DNA from: Eledone cirrhosa
Lineage: Eukaryota
Direction: 5' to 3'
Length of the DNA stretch: 64,000 nt
Assembly (NCBI GenBank): GCA_964016885.1
Contig: OZ024748.1
Location: forward strand, 54,312,001-54,376,000
Every line of letters begins with the position of its first letter. Positions within the stretch are counted from its first letter, which is position 1. The position numbers were made by a program, and so were the translations under genes. The notes under the pieces were generated by a model. The model saw only the letters and a list, made by a program, of their open reading frames with translations, was not told where the DNA came from and ran no database searches. Positions 57,131 to 64,000 of this stretch are shown one piece after another.

Positions 57131-58702
57131 TTATTGTAATTGTGTATAGTTCAGAGTTAACCCTTTTAAACCTCCCCACCCAAACCTGTTTCTGTTCAAC
57201 TTAAAATTCAAATCATGGACTGAAATCTCATTATTACATTACAAATAATATTAGATTTCAGTTAAATATTTGTCTTTTATTGTTAAATAGAAAGTTACTT
57301 AACTAGACATTACCTAATTTTTTTTTTATTTTTATAATTACAACACAAAGACACCTCTTACAGTAAAGAAGGCCTATAACTCCTGCTTCATGATGCCTTA
57401 TTTTGGCCTGGCTGTTAATAATTAAATAAATGGTTAGCTTATTTCAAACCCATAGGCTCGTCAGGTCTTGGCTTAACCTGGTTGCATTAATGTTGAAAGA
57501 CTGAGAACACAATACTCTTCCTCAACAACCTCCTGCTCAGAATGAACCCAAACCTACATCATCATACATTCTTGGGACCAACACCTTAACCACTAGGCCA
57601 CATGCCTTCACCGTGACAGTCAAATAATACTTGAAAGATACGGAGGCGGGTGCTGAAAATTAGGGATTTTTAACATGAACATAACTTAGTTCATGTCCCC
57701 TACTAATACTTGTCTTGAAATAGGGTATATTTTGAGGTGGGATTTTTTTGTTGTTATTTTAGGTGGGAGATATATAGGAGATGCTTGTTTCTCACTTGTC
57801 AGTTATAGCAAGTTCATTGATTCCACCTTCCTGTTGTTGATGATGATGATAATGTCAGTGATGGTGATGGTGGTGACGTTTGTTCTCTCTTGTTTGTGTT
57901 GGACTTAATCAGAGATTTGAACAAAACAAAACCTGAGAAGGGGGAGGGGATGAAACAGGGAAAAAAAGGGCCAGAGACATAAAAACGAAGAAAAAATAAA
58001 ATAAAATAAGCATTCCTTTACCAACAGTAGATGAATTAAATAAAAAAACCTCCTCCTTCTATTGTGTGTACATGTCTGTGTGTATGTATGTATATATATA
58101 TATATGCATGTGTGTGTGTGTGTGTGTGGCTAGTTGGTCATGGTTCCCTTGTTTATTGATGGTGCTGGAAGTAGTGGGTGGTGACTACACATCACACATC
58201 TGCTCCTGCTAACAAGGGCTGTGCTGTTCAACATTTATTTTTTACCTCCCTCCAAACCCCACTCACCACTACACCTCACCTGAGAGCCACAAAACAAAAC
58301 TACCACCACCACCATCGACACCCTGACACTGCCACACCACTTACCTGCTCATTAATTTGGATGCAATGTGGTTTAGGGATAAGTATGGGAGAGAAAAGGC
58401 AGACAGAAGTTTAGGGTTCCTTTGCTGAGGGGCTAAGTTAGTGGTGGTGGAAGGCAGGAGGTGATTGGGTGGTTCACATATGAAGAAATGACACATAGAA
58501 ATGAAAGGAAAGAAGGAACATGAAACATATACACATATATGTATGTATGTGTGTGTGTGTATATATGTATATATATATGTGTATGTATGTATAAATTTGT
58601 TAACGAAGCCAGCGGAATAGGGATCTGTATACCCATTACTCACTCAATGAGACATATGTGTATATCTCTCTTTATCTCTAACCCCCCCCCCCCTCTCGTA
58701 TG

Positions 58703-58739
<37 letters not shown>

Positions 58740-58886
58740 TCTGGGAATGTGTGGGTTAGAAGAGGTAAGTAGAATGTTTGGCTTCAGGAAGGGCATCATG
58801 TTGTAAAACAGTTTCTTAAAACATCCAGTCTAACCCATGCCACTATGAAAATGGCTGTAAAAACAATATATATATATATATATATA

Positions 58887-58958
58887 CAGGGTGTCCCTTA
58901 AAAATGTATACACACTTCAACAGCATTCTAATAAATATTGCCTGCACAGGTAATCAAA

Positions 58959-58963
<5 letters not shown>
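58887..58963. mobile_element. Truncated copy of the same Tc1/mariner MITE
   Basis: Reverse complement of ~22391-22467. The second TIR is replaced by microsatellite. Confidence 0.75.
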
Positions 58964-59017
<54 letters not shown>

Positions 59018-59480
59018 TCAGTCTTCCACTATCCTGTCTGCTGTTTTTCATGCTCTCTTCCCCCTCTTTGCATTCCCCCCTCCCTGCCCTTACTCTTTAA
59101 ACAGATAGCAGTTCTGCTCAGGCCCCCATAAACAATACCTATCAGAAGAAAGGGGAAAGACTGGAGGATTGGGGTGGGACACAGTAAAATAAATTAAAGT
59201 AGGGGCTGATGAAGAGAGGGGGATTGTATTGTGATGGTCATCAAGCTGTGGATGAAGCAGAGCGGGTGGGAGATTTCGAGATTGTGTCTAAGGTGGGAAG
59301 ATTTTACCTTTACTAACTGTTAATCTCTCAGGCTGCCACTGTGTGTGTATAATGGGAGCAGGGCATGGGTGGCGAAGGTTATCTTTAATGAGTTAAAGTG
59401 ACATGGCTGAGGCACCTTGGGTTAGAGGGAGGAAGAAGAGAACCTGAGGTGATCCTACTGCTCCCCCTCTCCTCATAATA

Positions 59481-59663
59481 ATTGTTTCTACTTTTGGCAC
59501 AAGGCCAGCAATTATATCAGTGTATTACTGGTACTTTATTTTATCGACCCCATAAGGATGAAAGGCAAAGTTAACCTCGGCGGGATTTGAACTCAGACCA
59601 TAAAGGGCCGTAACTCTTTTCTGCAAAGCATGGCGTCCGACCCTCTACAGATACTGCCAATCC
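59481..59663 (-). mobile_element. SINE A with 9-bp TSD
   Basis: cataataat at 59474-59482 and 59664-59672. Confidence 0.85.
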
Positions 59664-60156
59664 CATAATAATATAAGCAGACAGACTCAAAGTAAATAGA
59701 TAGAATGGATGGGCTTCTGGTAGTTTCTGTCTACCAATTTCCACCCACAAGGCCATTGGTCAACCTGTGGCTATAATAGAAGACAGTGAGACTGAACCCA
59801 GAACTAATGTGGTTGTGAAGCAAACTCCTTAACCACACAACTATGTTTGCACTATACATGGCTAGAAATATTTTTAAAAGTATTTATACCACCACCATCA
59901 CCACTGGCTTCCATGGTATGGTTAGTTGTTCGAATGGCTTCGATATTAACCAGTGTTAAAGTTAGACACATCATCATCAGCAGCAGCCTCTTCAATTGAC
60001 AAAAATTCCACAGCAACATCAATCTTCTCTCTCATTGAATTGTCCTTCCTTTTAAGTAACCCCTTGCGTTTTAGTGGCTTGGGGTGAGCCCCAAAAATAA
60101 CAAAATTATCCTCCTATCACCTTGTATGTTTATATACACACTTCGTTAATTTAGAA

Positions 60157-60533
60157 CAGGTCTTTCCCAACTTTTTTTCCACTACCAAACACCCCTCTAA
60201 TTTAAATGAAATTTCCCATGGAGCCCCTGTTACAGACAGCTACTTTCCTCCTAAATTGTTGTACAGGGATAATAATAATAATCAAAAGAGAAAAATGTCC
60301 ATATGTAGAGAAGAATGAATATTCTGTGGTGTGTGGATATGTATATAAATGTTTTAACAATGTACTCGAAATTTTGAACATAGTTCATGGACCCCCAGTA
60401 GAATGGATACCTAATAGTTTGTATGTATCATGATTTTAACAAGTACTTGACATTTTGAAGTTAGCACAAGGACCCCTAAATTTACCTCTATGTGGCCCCA
60501 GGGGTTCTACATACTCCAGGCTGAGAACTGCAG
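60157..60533. mobile_element. Old hAT (Charlie-like) non-autonomous element
   Basis: Ends caggtctttcccaact / ggctgagaactgcag, internal ggacccc motifs, and 8-bp flanks atttagaa / ctttagag resembling a decayed TSD. Confidence 0.5.
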
Positions 60534-61024
60534 CTTTAGAGCATTCATTAGGGGCTGGAAGAGGATGTACAGTAGTTTCCAGTTAGGTTTTAGATTTTTT
60601 TTTAAATATATTAATTCTATAAGTTGTGGTTAAAAACTACTGCTCTACTAGTTGTTTTTACAGTAACTCTTTTATTTCTCTTTCTATTATTATTATTATT
60701 TTTAACCCTTTTGTTACCAGATTTCTCATGATAGACACTACATATAATTTTACCTTAATTTTAAAATAATCAAGAATTTTGAATTATTTAGTTAATTATA
60801 ACTTTCCTCTTATGGAGTTGGTATTTGGAACATGACTATATGCAGGTTCTTGCATAAAATAATTATGCAAAATTTTTAGATAAGTATAAAAACAATAACC
60901 ATGAGTTATAATTTTCACCCTTTTTTAAATATTTTATTTATTATTGGTTATTATAATTCGACTATCTGGTAGTTAGAGAATATGATTTACAAAAACAAAC
61001 TGAATATACACATATCTTAATGCC

Positions 61025-61057
<33 letters not shown>

Positions 61058-61064
61058 TTAATTG

Positions 61065-61099
<35 letters not shown>

Positions 61100-61710
61100 T
61101 AAACATATTCATATACATTTCACTGTAATGTACATATGCTTGTGTCTAGTTACCATAGAAACTAATCTAATTCCTCTGTTGCTAAGTGTTATCTGGATCA
61201 GAAAGATTAAATAATATTGCCTCATGTTTCACTGGTGTTTTAAAAAAAGATATTTGAAGAAACATATAGACATACATATGCACATTAGCTCTCTCTCTAT
61301 ATATATATACACACACACACATACACATACACACACAGACAGACGGACGACTATATGTATATATCAGGTTTTTGTTCTATATTTTTATCTTTATGGTGTT
61401 CTTTTTTGACTGTTTTATTAGGCTTAGTTATTATTTTTTTTTTTTATTCTAATTTCTGTTAATGAAGTAAGTGAAATTCTGGAAAGATCTTTACAGACAC
61501 CTAGGTTATTTAAATGAGGTTATATATATATATATTCATTAGTGATATTTTGGTGTTCTGTGATATTACAGGTCTCTCTCACACTCACACACCATGCTTC
61601 CATCCACAATTTCAGGTCTGGGTTAGAATCAAGTCAGCCGAAAGGGAGAGGGCCTACTGTTGAAATTTTCCTCTTTCTCTCTATCTCCCCTCTCCTCCTC
61701 TCTCTCCCTA

Positions 61711-61771
<61 letters not shown>

Positions 61772-61987
61772 ATATGTGTGTGTGTGTGTTTATATATGTG
61801 TGCATGTGTTGTGTTTGTGTATAGAGCGATTTCAATACATAAAAGAAATATAACATTTAACATTTATAAACCCTTGCAAGCAGGGAAAAGCGGACATAAA
61901 ATGATGATGATGATGATATGCATACACACATTTCTCATACATTAATACTTCAGTATATGTATATTACACATTTACACACACACACAC

Positions 61988-62020
<33 letters not shown>

Positions 62021-62104
62021 GTGACACGCACAAGGACACACCTGTCCATTTACCTAAATATAAAGGTATACTTAATATTTCCATTTGAATGGTTCTGCTA
62101 CTGC

Positions 62105-62392
62105 CATACCACTACCATCACCTATAAACAACTACAGCCACACCACCACCACCACTACCATCACCTATAAACAACTACAGCCACACCACCACCACCACTA
62201 CCATCACCTATAAACAACTACAGCCACACCACCACCACCACTACCATCATCACCTATAAACAACTACAGCCACACCACCACCACCACTACCATCATCACC
62301 TATAAACAACTACAGCCACACCACCACCACCACTACCATCACCTATAAACAACTACAGCCACAACACCACCACCACCACCAGCTATAAACAA
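62105..62392 (+). repeat. ~40-45-bp minisatellite, ~7 units
   Basis: Unit caccaccaccactaccatcacctataaacaactacagcca with variable (cac)n. Confidence 0.9.
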
Positions 62393-62477
62393 CTTCACCA
62401 ACAATGCCATTATCACCAGTAAACAACTACAGCTATAATACCACCTCCTCCACCACCAACAACAACAATAATAATTA

Positions 62478-62546
62478 ATTGTTTCTACTTTAGGCACAAG
62501 GCCAGCAATTATCCCAGTGCATTACTGGTACATTTATTTTATCGAC
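62478..62546 (-). mobile_element. Truncated SINE A with 12-bp TSD
   Basis: ataataattaat at 62468-62479 and 62547-62558. Confidence 0.8.
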
Positions 62547-63501
62547 ATAATAATTAATAATCAATGGAAGTGTGTTAAGAAAGTCCTCACCTTGTTAACA
62601 CCTAAACTCACAGCTCACAACATGTTAAGGACACGAGGGAGGTTGATCCATGTTTGGCAGGGGTGGGGAATGGAGGTGATAGTGGTCAGTGGTTGGAGTT
62701 GACTGCTCTTCAGAACCTTCTAACCTTACCCACATCCCAAGCTCTTGCTACCTCTTTGTCTACTATACCCCCCTCTTAATATTTTTCTATTTCTTTAAGT
62801 CAATCTTTTCTTGTAAATGTGGGATTGGTTTGAGGTGATCTGGATCAGAAAATAATCACATACATATATATTCACATACATTCAGATATATGTACATATA
62901 CATACACACATACATACACACACATATACATATGTACATATATATACATACACACTCACATGCATACATATGTACATATATGCTCACATACATACATTCA
63001 TACAAATGTACATATACATTCACACTCATACATACATATGTGCATATACACACATACATACATACATACATACATATATACACACTCACATACTACATGT
63101 GTACATATACATACACACTCACATACATGTGTACATAAACAATAGAAAACATAAAAAGTCAAGGGAAAAATGATCTAAAAGCTTTAATATAAAGAAAAGA
63201 CATGGAAAATATAATGAGCAGAGACAAAAGAATAGGTGTGACAAGCCTGGAGCTTGTACCACTTGTAAAACAATAGTTGGACACACACACATAGAATGAA
63301 TACATTTAAAAGCTAACTAGTAGGCTATGTGATGTGGCAGAGCTGTGTGAAAGGCAAAGGATAGATTCTAGCTATGACAATACCTGTAAGAATTATTACA
63401 TAATGGGGAATAGTATGTTTCATCTCTCTGTCTAACTGACTTTGTCACAGAGCATGTGTGGTGTGACAGAGAGAGAAGGGCTGGGCATGTATTTGTATGT
63501 A

Positions 63502-63542
<41 letters not shown>

Positions 63543-63750
63543 ACATTTATATATACACACACCCACACACATATATATATACACGTGTGTATGTAAAATT
63601 GACGCAGAAGTCATGTAGCTTTGTGTGTATAAATTTACATCTGCATGCAAACACACACATGCATGCTTTATTATTACAATAATGTATTATTATTACAATG
63701 GATGTACAAAAAAGACTAGCTTGCAGACTATATAACTACTACAACTAATA

Positions 63751-63874
63751 ATTGTTTCTACTTTTGGCACAAGGCCAGCAAATACCCAGTATGTTACTGG
63801 TACTTTATTTTATCGACCCGTCCCCCGTAGGGATGAAAGGCAAAGTTAACCTCGGCAGGATTTGAATTCAGATC
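63751..63874 (-). mobile_element. Truncated SINE A with 12-bp TSD
   Basis: acaactaataat at 63741-63752 and 63875-63886. Confidence 0.8.
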
Positions 63875-64000
63875 ACAACTAATAATGATAATAATACTGG
63901 TGATGTCTTTATTTGCTACACAAGGATGTCAAACGAGGAGTACATTACAGACACAGGTTACATAAAGTGTTTAGGGTTTACAAATCTAATGAGGAAAAAA

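Noticed and set aside
57430-57470. Minus-strand CTGACGA...GAAA as a hammerhead
   Set aside because: Stems I and III cannot be formed convincingly. CTGATGA hits at ~26155 (+), ~31211 (-), ~17743 (-) and ~59206 (+) likewise lack a matching GAAA/UH.

Overview
AT-rich, microsatellite-saturated, essentially non-coding eukaryotic DNA. The repeat families point to an octopus (coleoid cephalopod) genome; this is inferred from repeat content only. No convincing host protein-coding exon is visible, and the long ORFs are read-throughs of simple repeats. Recognisable content includes about 20 copies of a tRNA-derived SINE (several with clean target-site duplications), two other SINE families, a decayed RTE-type LINE fragment, Tc1/mariner and hAT MITEs, a decayed 18S rRNA fragment, several minisatellites, and an apparent drop in CpG density after about 41 kb. 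The most interesting signal is a dispersed set of short (100-250 bp), mutually divergent islands embedded in (TA)n/(CA)n arrays. They carry type I hammerhead ribozyme folds (four complete, many partial), a covarying ACTC...ATTGAGT hairpin near the 3' end, and self-copied fold-back inverted 5' arms. They are best interpreted as microsatellite-targeted, 5'-truncated Penelope-like retroelement or retrozyme-like insertions. All structures were folded by eye, and nothing was computed or searched.
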